Shown here piece after piece: positions 16,708 to 26,412 of a stretch of 31,729 bases of DNA. Both the position numbers and the translations under genes were made by a program. Origin of the DNA: an uncultured archaeon (GTDB lineage: Archaea > Asgardarchaeota > Hermodarchaeia > Hermodarchaeales > Hermodarchaeaceae); contig CAYFXC010000021.1 in NCBI GenBank assembly GCA_964347045.1, positions 1 through 31,729 on the forward strand, written 5' to 3'. The notes beneath the pieces were generated by a model. That model was not told the DNA's origin and ran no database searches. It saw only the letters and a list, made by a program, of their open reading frames with translations. The stretch's first letter is position 1; each line of letters opens with the position of its first letter.

Positions 16708-17607
16708 TTGTTTCAACCAACAAATCCACTAGCTAATATCATAGACGCTATTTCTTCATTTTTGTACTTCTTGCAATTGAATTTCTTCCCCATTGTACTT
16801 CTCATACTTGTCTGGTTTATACTTTTAATTCTCTCGAGCATTATAACGCGGTTAGTTCGAAGACGCACAAAAAAACTTGGAGTTCCTCCGAATGCAATAA
16901 ACGGGATAATTCTTGCAATTCGAATCATTTTCATCTGGATTGCGGTCATCGCATTTACCGCTTTTCTCCCCCCACACATTCAAGTTTGGGTCATCAGCAT
17001 CGTCGGCGACGCCACTGTCATCATCGGTCTTGCCGTTGGTATCGCCATCAGCTTAGCCATGCGTAATTTTGTTGCAGGATTATATGTGATGATTACCGAC
17101 CCTTTCAATGTTGGAGACTACGTACGCATTGGCTCTAACGAAGGAATCGTATTAGAAATCAGCCTCAATTACACAAAACTACGGCAAATGGACGGAACAA
17201 CAGCACTCATTCCCAATGATAACGTAATGAGCTCATCAGTCACTAATTTCCGCTTTGAACAAAAAATACAACTCAAAACTGATCAAGGACAAGAACCCAA
17301 AAAAGATGTTTCCATACCCAACCGAATCTGGAAAATCCTCAGCAAAGCCGTAGATACCTCCAAACTCATTCAATATACATTCGAACTTCTGTTTCCCATC
17401 ACACCCGGACTTGATCACTATGAAGAAAAACTTCCCGCTGTCATGAAACGCTGGACAGGCAAATTTGGCATCAAACCCGGCTTTGTCCTGTCTTCAACAT
17501 CAAACTTGGCTTTTACCTATTCTTTCACCATATTCGTGGAAGACCCTAAACTGCTCTTAGATTCTCGACTTGATTTCCTTGAAGATATAACCCGGGCTGT
17601 ATTCTAA
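16708..17607 (+). CDS. Small-conductance mechanosensitive channel (MscS family)
   Basis: Three TM helices, then NFVAGL, PFNVGDYVRIG, EGIVLEISLNYT and IPN. Confidence 0.9.
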   Translation: MFQPTNPLANIIDAISSFLYFLQLNFFPIVLLILVWFILLILSSIITRLVRRRTKKLGVPPNAINGIILAIRIIFIWIAVIAFTAFLPPHIQVWVISIVGDATVIIGLAVGIAISLAMRNFVAGLYVMITDPFNVGDYVRIGSNEGIVLEISLNYTKLRQMDGTTALIPNDNVMSSSVTNFRFEQKIQLKTDQGQEPKKDVSIPNRIWKILSKAVDTSKLIQYTFELLFPITPGLDHYEEKLPAVMKRWTGKFGIKPGFVLSSTSNLAFTYSFTIFVEDPKLLLDSRLDFLEDITRAVF

Positions 17608-17944
17608 ACACCAATCAACCAACAAATGTAAAGCATCTACCAATTATGGTCGAAGGAAGAGAACAAAACAAAGACTAGAGTTCACTATTCTCTGATCTTT
17701 ATTCCAAGAAATAACGTGCAAGTCTTTGAAATCCTGCAGAAATGAGTGAAAAGCGAGAAAAAACCGCATGCTATACTGTTTGTGACTGTGAAATTCTAAG
17801 ATTTACGGCGTCGTTATGACAGTTTCTTCTGGCGACATAACCCATCAGAGATGCACATTATATGGTGAAGAATGGTTTTCTCCTAGCGAAAATGGCGTCA
17901 ATAATCTTTCATAGAATTCCTAATGAGATTCACTTAGGAAGAAC

Positions 17945-18421
17945 TCAGTTGAACAATTTTGCTAATTCCTCACCAAGTTGTTTAAACCTAGCCTCCGCTC
18001 CATCCAGAAGTGGACCTTCTCTTCCTTCGACCAAGGCGGATTGACGCGGATAAATTATTTTAATCTTCATCCGTTTCATGAGACCTTCGATTCGTTTTGC
18101 GGCACTATTTTCCAACACCAACCAACTCCGTTTGTTAAGACGCGACGGATTTCTCGTGTCAAAACTGAATCCTTTCAGGCCCCGAAGATCGATTGTTTTG
18201 AGTTGTTCTAAAAACGTCTTCATCGGTTTCGAGATATTGATCATGTGTGTGGGGCCACCGACGGCAACAAAATCATAGCTGGTAATGGTGCCTATGTCAA
18301 CTTCGTCGATACTCAAACAATCTGTTTTAATTCCAGCGTCTTTGAGACCTTTCGCCAAACTCATAGCTACAGATTTTGTATTCCCAAACATGGAGTGATA
18401 AACTATCAGTGCTCGTGTCAT
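17945..18421 (-). CDS. Flavodoxin family protein
   Basis: IVYHSMFGNT (FMN phosphate loop), VGGPTH and FSFDTR. Confidence 0.92.
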   Translation of the reverse strand: MTRALIVYHSMFGNTKSVAMSLAKGLKDAGIKTDCLSIDEVDIGTITSYDFVAVGGPTHMINISKPMKTFLEQLKTIDLRGLKGFSFDTRNPSRLNKRSWLVLENSAAKRIEGLMKRMKIKIIYPRQSALVEGREGPLLDGAEARFKQLGEELAKLFN

Positions 18422-18461
18422 TTTACTTCATCTTTGTTTTGCTCATTTACTCGTGTTGAAT

Positions 18462-19145
18462 CTAATCCATATAATGTTTCAATCCTTTGTCAATGATATT
18501 GAGCAAGACATCCAGATATTCTCTGGATCTTTCTTCAGGCCAACCATTCCGCTTCCCTCGCAAGGCCAACTCTCTAATCGCTAACCCTAGTGTACTGAGA
18601 ACCATCAACACCGAAAAGGAATCAACGCTCGTTTGTACCTTTGACGTTTTCATCGTTTCGGAAATTGCCTTCTCCAAAAGTGCTTGAATTTTCAGCTGGT
18701 TATGTCGGAACTCTTGTTCGCTTTGCGTCAACGGCTGGTTGTTCTCCTTTTGGATTATGTTACCAATGGTCAATCCGACCCGACCCGAGTCAACCAACCC
18801 CGCATAATCCGGAAACTTATACACAAACGAAACATATGCATCCCCTAAAACTCGGAGCTCAGGTTTTACTCCTGGTTGCGTCAGAGCTTCCTCAAAGAGT
18901 TGAACCATTTTCTCATAAGCTCTTGAAATCACTGCTGCAAAGAGGTCATCCTTCGATTCAAAATAATTGTAGATCGTTGCCTTGGTATATCCTGCCGTCA
19001 CGGCAATTTGATCCACATATGTTGCATCATATCCTTGATCAAGAAAGAATTTTTCAGCTGTTGTGATGATGGCCTCTCGACGATATTTCTGCTCTCGTTC
19101 CAATCTACGCTTTTTTGAAGACGCGGTTCTTCCTTTTTTGCTCAT
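18462..19145 (-). CDS. TetR/AcrR family transcriptional regulator
   Basis: IITTAEKFFLDQGYDAT..DQIA..AGYTKATIYNYFESKDDLF. Confidence 0.95.
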   Translation of the reverse strand: MSKKGRTASSKKRRLEREQKYRREAIITTAEKFFLDQGYDATYVDQIAVTAGYTKATIYNYFESKDDLFAAVISRAYEKMVQLFEEALTQPGVKPELRVLGDAYVSFVYKFPDYAGLVDSGRVGLTIGNIIQKENNQPLTQSEQEFRHNQLKIQALLEKAISETMKTSKVQTSVDSFSVLMVLSTLGLAIRELALRGKRNGWPEERSREYLDVLLNIIDKGLKHYMD

Positions 19146-19180
19146 TGTATCACACTTTCCAAAGGGATTGTCATTAGCTA

Positions 19181-19242
19181 ATTATATTATACTTGAGTAT
19201 AATATAATATACTTAAGTATAATAATTTTAACACAAGTATAA
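19181..19242. promoter_or_regulatory. Triple palindromic operator upstream of tetR
   Basis: ATTATATTATACT-TG-AGTATAATATAAT (19181-19208, perfect 13-bp arms) and TATACTTAAGTATA (19208-19221, perfect). AGTATAA recurs at 19196, 19216 and 19236. Confidence 0.8.
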
Positions 19243-19349
19243 AAAGCTTTGTCTCAAATCAAAAATGCCATTTTCAGGACTTATGTCTTCGAACCCCTTT
19301 CAAATAATGAATAAAATGTAGAAGAATATCATATTCAGTTATTGTTACT

Positions 19350-20330
19350 TCAGGTGTAACTTGGAGGTAAATGCATAACAAATTCACAAATCTGGTCGCC
19401 TTGAATAAACGATTTCAGAACTTCAATTCTCACAGGTTCGTTTAACACTGCTTCCCAGAAGTTTTTAAAATACCCTGCACTACATCCACAAAAGGCGGGA
19501 TCTATTGGCTGGTCTTCCTCTAATAACGCCTGACGAATCCATGGATTATGACAATAGTAATACCGTCTCTTCCGTGAATCTGATTCATGAATAAATTCCT
19601 TCGAGGAATATGGAATTTTTGTAATGATTACCTGATCTCCTTTTCGGATTCCTGACTCAATCGTTTGATCACGTTTAACATATGAAATTACTTCATCGTT
19701 AATTTCTTGGGTAAAAAACAGCGTGTCATCCTTTCGATGGTTCTCTAAAGTCGTAACTAGATTTTGATGCTGTCTTCTTAGAAACTCATCGAGATCATTT
19801 AATTCCCGAAATAGCTCGATCGCCTTTTCATAGGCTTTGGGATATTTATCTCGGAGTCCAATCTCAAAGAAAGTTTTACACTTCTCGTAATCAACTTTGG
19901 CAAGAAACCTTTCAACTAATTTCTTTGTAATATTCACCTTTTCTTTGGGACGAATTCCCAACGGCGGTACTCCTATCCCCGCAAACACCTCATTTCGCAA
20001 GCTTTCCCCAAATTCATCTGTTAGCCGGGTTGAAAAATTCGATATCATTTCGCTCCCATCAAGAATCTCCAAAGACCCAATGATAACATCTTTATTTTTC
20101 TGGAACTGACCAAACCGAAGGAGAGACACATAATTGCTGAATGAGTTCTTTTTATTCTCAATCAAATAATCTGAAAAATTATACAAATCCTCATAGGAGG
20201 CTTTTTCAGCTAACTTCTTCTGATGACTAAGAAACCGAACAAAGTCACCAATAATATTAACTCCAGCTTCAATTTGTTCATCATCAAGGTTTCGACCTTG
20301 TAAAAATGCTCTAAAATCTCCGAGGTTCAT
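19350..20330 (-). CDS. DUF6144-like protein with a C-terminal Cys-containing V4R-like domain
   Basis: YYYCHNPW, FCGCSAGY and VRIEVLKSFIQGDQICEF. Confidence 0.65.
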   Translation of the reverse strand: MNLGDFRAFLQGRNLDDEQIEAGVNIIGDFVRFLSHQKKLAEKASYEDLYNFSDYLIENKKNSFSNYVSLLRFGQFQKNKDVIIGSLEILDGSEMISNFSTRLTDEFGESLRNEVFAGIGVPPLGIRPKEKVNITKKLVERFLAKVDYEKCKTFFEIGLRDKYPKAYEKAIELFRELNDLDEFLRRQHQNLVTTLENHRKDDTLFFTQEINDEVISYVKRDQTIESGIRKGDQVIITKIPYSSKEFIHESDSRKRRYYYCHNPWIRQALLEEDQPIDPAFCGCSAGYFKNFWEAVLNEPVRIEVLKSFIQGDQICEFVMHLPPSYT

Positions 20331-20500
20331 TTCATCACCATATCTCTTCTAATATAGACCTTAATATGGCAATTGGATTCGGTAAACAGACTGAGAGAGA
20401 AAGACAAACCCCTGTGTTGACAAAATTGTCTTCGAATCAAATCCTAAAAAGCGTATAACGGAAAACAAAAAGATTGACTCGAACAATTAAATGAGCCTAG

Positions 20501-21778
20501 TTAATCCAATGAGCCATTTTTCTCTGCTGCATTTTGACCTATTAGACTACGATCATCATCACTATTGGCTTCACCAGCACGATGGATGGCAAATTTAAGA
20601 GCAAGAGGTCCAAAGATTTGGAAAATGAGCGTTGAAATCCCAATAACCCCTACGATAAGAAAAGCGTAATTTGGAAACCCCAGTTGATTTAGTCGATCCG
20701 CGATTACCACGCTCAATCCTACGGCAACACCAGCTTGACTAAAAAGACATAACCCAAGATAACGTTTAACCTCTGGAGGGTTATCGCCAATATTTGCGGC
20801 TAAACGGGTTCCAAAATATTTCGCCACACCTCGTCCAATTAGATAAAGGATAGTCGTGGTAACAATAAATATACCTCCGATCGATATCAAGGCAGGGTCA
20901 ACCATCCCGGCGCCGAAGAGCACGAAGAAAAAGAGTATGACGGGGCTAAAGATTTTTTCAGCTTCATGACTCAAATCATGTGCTTCGTCAGGTGAAAGAT
21001 TACCTAAGACGATTCCTAAGACCATGCAAGTGAGTAAAGAACTGAAGTGAAAAAACTCTGCAATACCGATGAGAAGGAGAATTACACTCACTAACAAGAG
21101 GATATAGCGTCCATGATCTTTTACACCCTTCAACACCTTCGCAAGAAGTAACCCCGCACCCGTTCCAAGAAGCAACGACGCTCCGATTTCAATCGCTGGT
21201 GTGGCAACAAGAAGGGGTAGCGATAAAAATGCAGGGCTGAGCAGAACCAATACTACACTCATTGTAACACTGGTAAGAACAATCGCGATGACATCATCGA
21301 GGATAAGCGTATACATGACCGCATCCGTGACGGGTCCGCGGCTTTTGTATTCCCAGATTACATCGGCCGTTGCTGCAGGAGCCGTGGCACTGGCTAACGC
21401 ACCCAAAATAAGCGCAGGAATTGGATCCTTCAGAAAGATTAGCGTTAACATAAACACAAGAAGCGCCGGACCAAAGCTTTGGGCAATAATGATGGGTAAC
21501 AGATTACGCGATTGGCGTCGAGCTACACTTAATTTAAGCTCATTTCCAATGTTATACCCAATGAATCCCAGTGCTACTACCGTAACTACTGGTGCAAGGG
21601 CAAGAAGCCTATCATCTATCAGACCCAGAAAAAGAGGCCCAAGGAGAATCCCGGTCAGGATAAAACCTAGAACCTGAGGTATTCCAAGTCGACGTTGGAT
21701 TTCAGCACTTATCACCGTTAGTAATACAACTAGGCTGACGACCAATAGAAGTGGAATATCAATCACAAGTTGTAGCAT
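20501..21778 (-). CDS. Cation:proton antiporter (CPA family)
   Basis: IPQVLGFILTGILLGP, ASATAPAAT, ILDD, FFVLFGA and QAGVAVGL in a multi-TM protein. Confidence 0.92.
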   Translation of the reverse strand: MLQLVIDIPLLLVVSLVVLLTVISAEIQRRLGIPQVLGFILTGILLGPLFLGLIDDRLLALAPVVTVVALGFIGYNIGNELKLSVARRQSRNLLPIIIAQSFGPALLVFMLTLIFLKDPIPALILGALASATAPAATADVIWEYKSRGPVTDAVMYTLILDDVIAIVLTSVTMSVVLVLLSPAFLSLPLLVATPAIEIGASLLLGTGAGLLLAKVLKGVKDHGRYILLLVSVILLLIGIAEFFHFSSLLTCMVLGIVLGNLSPDEAHDLSHEAEKIFSPVILFFFVLFGAGMVDPALISIGGIFIVTTTILYLIGRGVAKYFGTRLAANIGDNPPEVKRYLGLCLFSQAGVAVGLSVVIADRLNQLGFPNYAFLIVGVIGISTLIFQIFGPLALKFAIHRAGEANSDDDRSLIGQNAAEKNGSLD

Positions 21779-22188
21779 TGGAATTCACTGGTTTTTATGT
21801 AACTAGAGAAAAAAAATTTAATATTTTATATAAACTTATTCCAATGATAGCTGGGGGGAATGGAATTGTTTTTGTTCAGAAACTGCCTCTTCGTCTTCGA
21901 AACCATTCAGTATTCGGATAGTTCCTGAACTCCACTCTACCTACTCTGTTTTTGCGAGAGAATGATTGTTCCTTTGTACTTTTTGTTGAATCAGCCGACG
22001 GTGTAACAGTGTACTATGAGCTCTTCGCAATATGCAAACAGTTTGGACAGCATTTGAAGCCATTACTCTTAATCGGCAATTGAGCTTCGAATAAGAAGGT
22101 TATTATCCACGGCAATTCCTTGAAGAATATCTATTGTCGTTTGGCAAAATTATGGAACCACTATTTCGCTCCGAACGATTGTGATAAA

Positions 22189-23049
22189 ATGTCTACTAGT
22201 CAAGCATCGTCAGATTTACTAATTCGCAATATGCAATCTAGAGATCTTGATCCCCTACTAGAACTTTCTCTTTCTTTGGGTTGGACACCAAATCGCCAGG
22301 ATGTCGAGAATCTATTGATATACGAGCCTTTAGGTTGTTTTGTAGCTGAACTTACTGGAGAGCTCGTCGGTTCGGTTACAACTACCAAGTACACACACTT
22401 TGGGTGGGTAGGCATGTTAATCGTTAAGGAGGAGTTTCGTCGTCAGCGTATTGGTACAAATCTGATGGAAACAGCTATCCGCTATCTCTTTGACAATGGG
22501 GTAGTCACTGTACGCCTCGAAGCCGATCCCCCTGGACTCCCATTGTACAAACACTTGAATTTTCGAAAAGAATGTGATTCACTACGGTGGTATCGAGAAG
22601 GTCCCCGACTATCAGAAACAACAGGAGTCCGGCGAGCAACAATGACCGATCTTGACATCATTTACGCTCTCGATCGAAGGGCTTTCGGCGATGACCGTCA
22701 CCGAATTCTTTCAAGGCTTTTTGAATGCTCCCGCTTTACGATAGTATTAGATAGTGAACCAGAGCGTGGAATGTTAATGGCTCGCGACTCTTCACATGGA
22801 ACCATCTTTGGACCATTCATTGCCGATTCTATCGTTGTTGCAGACAAGTTATTACAGGCTGGACTCAGTCTACAAAATAGCCAAACCGTATTAGTTGGTA
22901 TGCCGAGTACACATCACAGATCTATCACCTTAATGAAAAAATATGGTTTTGAATGTAAAACTATGCTCACTCGGATGTTTTATGGCAGAGAACCAACAAA
23001 AGGGGATTCTCGGCTTGAATATGGAATTGGGGCATCAGCCACTGGATAA
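22189..23049 (+). CDS. Tandem-domain GNAT N-acetyltransferase (YitH-like)
   Basis: VKEEFRRQRIGT (acetyl-CoA motif A), GLPLYKHLNF, DRRAFGDDR and FGPFIAD. ATG 22189 is preferred to TTG 22120. Confidence 0.88.
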   Translation: MSTSQASSDLLIRNMQSRDLDPLLELSLSLGWTPNRQDVENLLIYEPLGCFVAELTGELVGSVTTTKYTHFGWVGMLIVKEEFRRQRIGTNLMETAIRYLFDNGVVTVRLEADPPGLPLYKHLNFRKECDSLRWYREGPRLSETTGVRRATMTDLDIIYALDRRAFGDDRHRILSRLFECSRFTIVLDSEPERGMLMARDSSHGTIFGPFIADSIVVADKLLQAGLSLQNSQTVLVGMPSTHHRSITLMKKYGFECKTMLTRMFYGREPTKGDSRLEYGIGASATG

Positions 23050-23057
23050 TTTTTTTT
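23050..23057 (+). terminator. Oligo-T tract, candidate terminator
   Basis: T8 immediately after the GNAT stop codon. Confidence 0.5.
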
Positions 23058-23154
23058 CTGATGCAGTGGCTCGAGGGAGATGAACTATAGACTCATTTAA
23101 GAGAGATTCTCCTCGCAATTCAACTCTAAGATACAGTAAGCCTGCAAAACAATG

Positions 23155-25194
23155 TCATGATTCACTTTTGACAGAGAGGAATCGCGCATTAATTGCAACG
23201 ATGATTGTACTAATGGACATCAATGCAGCCCCTATAGCTGGGCTAAGCAGAATTCCTAGCGGAAGAAGCAGTCCTGCGGCTAATGGAATTGCTACGGCAT
23301 TATAGCCTGTCGCCCACAACAAATTTTGAACCATTTTTCTATATGTTGCTTTAGAAAGATCAAGAATTGCGACTGCATCTTGAGGGTCATTACGAACCAG
23401 CACAATATCTGCAGCTTCGATGGCCACATCGGTTCCGGCACCAATCGCGATTCCAACATCTGCTTGCGCAAGAGCAGGTGCATCGTTAATCCCGTCTCCC
23501 ACCATTGCCACAGTTAGTCCTCGGGCTTGAACTTCACGTATTTTTGCTGCTTTTTCATGGGGTAACACTTCTGCAAAATAGTCATCTAAGCCCAACTCAT
23601 TGGCTACCCATTGCGCCACATGGTGATTGTCTCCCGTGAGCATCATACTCTGAATACCCATCCGTTTTAGTCTGGCAATTGCGGTCATAGATTCTTTTCT
23701 AATAACATCTGCAAGAGCCAAAGCGCCTTGGAGCTTTTCATTGACAATCACATAAACGACGGTTTTTCCCTGTTGAGCTAGCTTCTCTACAGTCTGATTT
23801 TGAGGGAGTAATCCTTTTTCTTTCAAGTATCCTGGACTCACGACTTTGATCTGATTGGAATCAACTAGTCCTTCGGCTCCTTTACCTGGAATGGCTTGAA
23901 ATTTGCTTGCTGGCCTAAGCGATATTTTTCGTTCTTTAGCCCCACGAACAATTCCGTGAGCTATAGGGTGTTCAGATAATGTTTCCAATGATGCGGCGAA
24001 TTGGAGCACCGCTTCATCATCCAATTCAGCCAAGGGTACAACATCGGTTACTGAGAATTGTCCTTCTGTGAGTGTACCGGTTTTATCGAAGACAATTGCG
24101 TCTAAGTTGCGTGCGTGTTCAAATGCCGTGCGATCGCGAACTAGCAATCCATTCTTGGCTGAGAGCGAAGTCGAAACTGAAATAACAAGAGGTACTGCTA
24201 ACCCAAGGGCATGGGGACACGCGATAACCATTACTGTGACGCTTCGTTCAACCCCAAAAGAAACTTGACCCAATGAAATCCACGCCAACAGTGTTAGCGC
24301 ACCAACAGAAAGCGCTATTACGGTCAGAAGGAATGCGGCGCGATTAGCTAGATCCTGAGTACGGGATCGGCTTTCCTGGGCTTCTCGAACCAAATCAATC
24401 ACTTGTGCTAAATAGGTATCCTTGCCCACCTTCGAGATTTCCACGGTGAGGGTTCCATCCCCATTGATTGCTCCTCCAATTACAGAATCTTCTGGTCCTT
24501 TATCAACTGGGAGGGATTCACCAGTAATTAAGGCCTCATTCATGCTACTCTGTCCCTCAATAATAATACCATCTGAAGGCACCCGATCGCCCGGTTTAAT
24601 GAGAACTCGATCACCCCTAGTTAGTTCGGTTCTAGGTACCTCTTTGATGGTTCCATCCGGTTGCAACACATAAGCGGTAGCAGGGAGTAATTTGACTAAT
24701 TCTTCTAACGCCCGAGAGGCTCCCATGATGGATCGCATCTCCATCCAATGCCCGAAGAGCATCACATCAATTAGTGTGGCTAATTCCCAAAAGAACATCG
24801 TACCAGGTAACCCAAAGACCACGGCACTACTGTAGGCGTAGGCGACTGTAATCGCAACCGCCACCAAGGTCATCATTCCCAATTGCCTTTTTCTGACCTC
24901 TTGGACAAATCCCTTCAGAAAAGGATAACCTCCATAGAAATAGACAACTGTCGAGAGCCCAAACAGAACCCATGTATACCCTGGAAATGAGAGGAATGTC
25001 GTTAGCCCTAATAGGGTCTGAACTAGCGGTGACAGTAACACAATCGGCACTGTAAGGATCATAGAGACGATGAACCGTTTCCGATAGTCTCGAACCATCA
25101 TTGCATGGTGTGAATTGACCTCATGTGAACCGGGCTTCATTGGACCTTGATGCTGCAAATGATTTGCCGTCATGTGTTCCCTATCATGGTCCAT
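23155..25194 (-). CDS. copB: Copper-translocating P1B-3-type ATPase
   Basis: His/Met-rich N-terminus, TGES, CPH, DKTGT, SEHP, GDGINDAP, and the YN and MSIS TM motifs. Confidence 0.95.
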   Translation of the reverse strand: MDHDREHMTANHLQHQGPMKPGSHEVNSHHAMMVRDYRKRFIVSMILTVPIVLLSPLVQTLLGLTTFLSFPGYTWVLFGLSTVVYFYGGYPFLKGFVQEVRKRQLGMMTLVAVAITVAYAYSSAVVFGLPGTMFFWELATLIDVMLFGHWMEMRSIMGASRALEELVKLLPATAYVLQPDGTIKEVPRTELTRGDRVLIKPGDRVPSDGIIIEGQSSMNEALITGESLPVDKGPEDSVIGGAINGDGTLTVEISKVGKDTYLAQVIDLVREAQESRSRTQDLANRAAFLLTVIALSVGALTLLAWISLGQVSFGVERSVTVMVIACPHALGLAVPLVISVSTSLSAKNGLLVRDRTAFEHARNLDAIVFDKTGTLTEGQFSVTDVVPLAELDDEAVLQFAASLETLSEHPIAHGIVRGAKERKISLRPASKFQAIPGKGAEGLVDSNQIKVVSPGYLKEKGLLPQNQTVEKLAQQGKTVVYVIVNEKLQGALALADVIRKESMTAIARLKRMGIQSMMLTGDNHHVAQWVANELGLDDYFAEVLPHEKAAKIREVQARGLTVAMVGDGINDAPALAQADVGIAIGAGTDVAIEAADIVLVRNDPQDAVAILDLSKATYRKMVQNLLWATGYNAVAIPLAAGLLLPLGILLSPAIGAALMSISTIIVAINARFLSVKSES

Positions 25195-25397
25195 AGAATC
25201 CCTCCTTTATGATCGCTGTTATCCATTACTGAATTTTATTCATTTCCCAAGCTCTACTTATATATCTGTTATGTTATATCCAATACGATTTATTTATATC
25301 TGGTTGGTTAACTTATCTGTCTAATTAAATCAAAAGTATTACAGTTGGTTCGCGACCAAATAAGGAACTAAAACCAAATAAAAGAACGTGATGAAAG

Positions 25398-25616
25398 ATG
25401 GAGTTATTGAATATAGTCACAATCCTCTTAATGGCTTTAGACGGAGACATGGGACATTGGAATCCTGACATGTGGGGTCAAATATTTCCCTTCGGATTCT
25501 TCTACGGAATGCCCATGATCTGGTTTTATATTCTAATGTTCTTAATATTCGTATCCATCACTACAGTTATTCTTGTTATTCTACTACGACGCGAAGATAA
25601 TATGAAAGGGGCATAA
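25398..25616 (+). CDS. Small membrane protein with a Met/His/Gly/aromatic-rich segment
   Basis: 72 aa: MGHWNPDMWG..GFFYGMPM followed by a TM helix and RR. Divergent from copB. Confidence 0.65.
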   Translation: MELLNIVTILLMALDGDMGHWNPDMWGQIFPFGFFYGMPMIWFYILMFLIFVSITTVILVILLRREDNMKGA

Positions 25617-25782
25617 GTAGGATTCTTGGATATTTATTAGAGCTGTAAATCAAAAGATAATCAATTAAGAAACAGGTAGCAGAGCTTTTTACCAAGTAGA
25701 AAACAATACTACTTTGAACTAAAGTGTGATTTCATGATTAAAACAATCAGATAGACTCTCATCAAGAATGGAGACTGTGATT

Positions 25783-26103
25783 ATGATTTGTCGAATCTGG
25801 CATGGATGGACTACTCTCGCCAACGCTGACGCTTATGAGGCTCTACTCAAAGGCGAAATCTTTACGAATATCCAAAATCGCCACATTGAAGGCTATCGAG
25901 GCATCCACCTGTTCCGCCGAATCCTCGACGATGAGGTTGAGTTCGTGACAATCATGTGGTTTGATACCATTGAAGCCGTACAAGCTTTTGCAGGAGACGA
26001 CTTTGAAGCCGCCGTGGTCCCCTCCAAAGCAAGAGCTTTGCTTTCACGTTATGATGCTCGCTCGAAACACTATGAAGTACTGGCAGACATGAAAAGTGGA
26101 TGA
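25783..26103 (+). CDS. Antibiotic biosynthesis monooxygenase (ABM)-like dimeric alpha/beta barrel protein
   Basis: MICRIWHGWT, VEFVTIMWF, AFAGDDFEAAVVP and HYEV. ATG 25768 is an alternative start. Confidence 0.85.
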   Translation: MICRIWHGWTTLANADAYEALLKGEIFTNIQNRHIEGYRGIHLFRRILDDEVEFVTIMWFDTIEAVQAFAGDDFEAAVVPSKARALLSRYDARSKHYEVLADMKSG

Positions 26104-26412
26104 TAATCCCTCATTTTAAAATGTGAAACAAATCTTTTTTACGTCATCTGAAAGAATTCGCATGTACGTCTTCGCATTCCAATTGGGAAGCAAATAATGA
26201 TAAGAGAAATGGCTTGGTGAATGTCACTTTAGCTTTTTGTCGTTGCTTTGGTTTTACTTTATTGACTTTCAAGATGATTCTGTCCGTGGTTTTTTTAATG
26301 AGCTTTCCACTTACGGATTGGAGAGGAAGACTAATTCTTAATACAAGCGCGTCGTTGCTCGATTCGATTCATTTAAGATGATGCAGGTATTGGATGGCAA
26401 GGGAGTCTGCCA

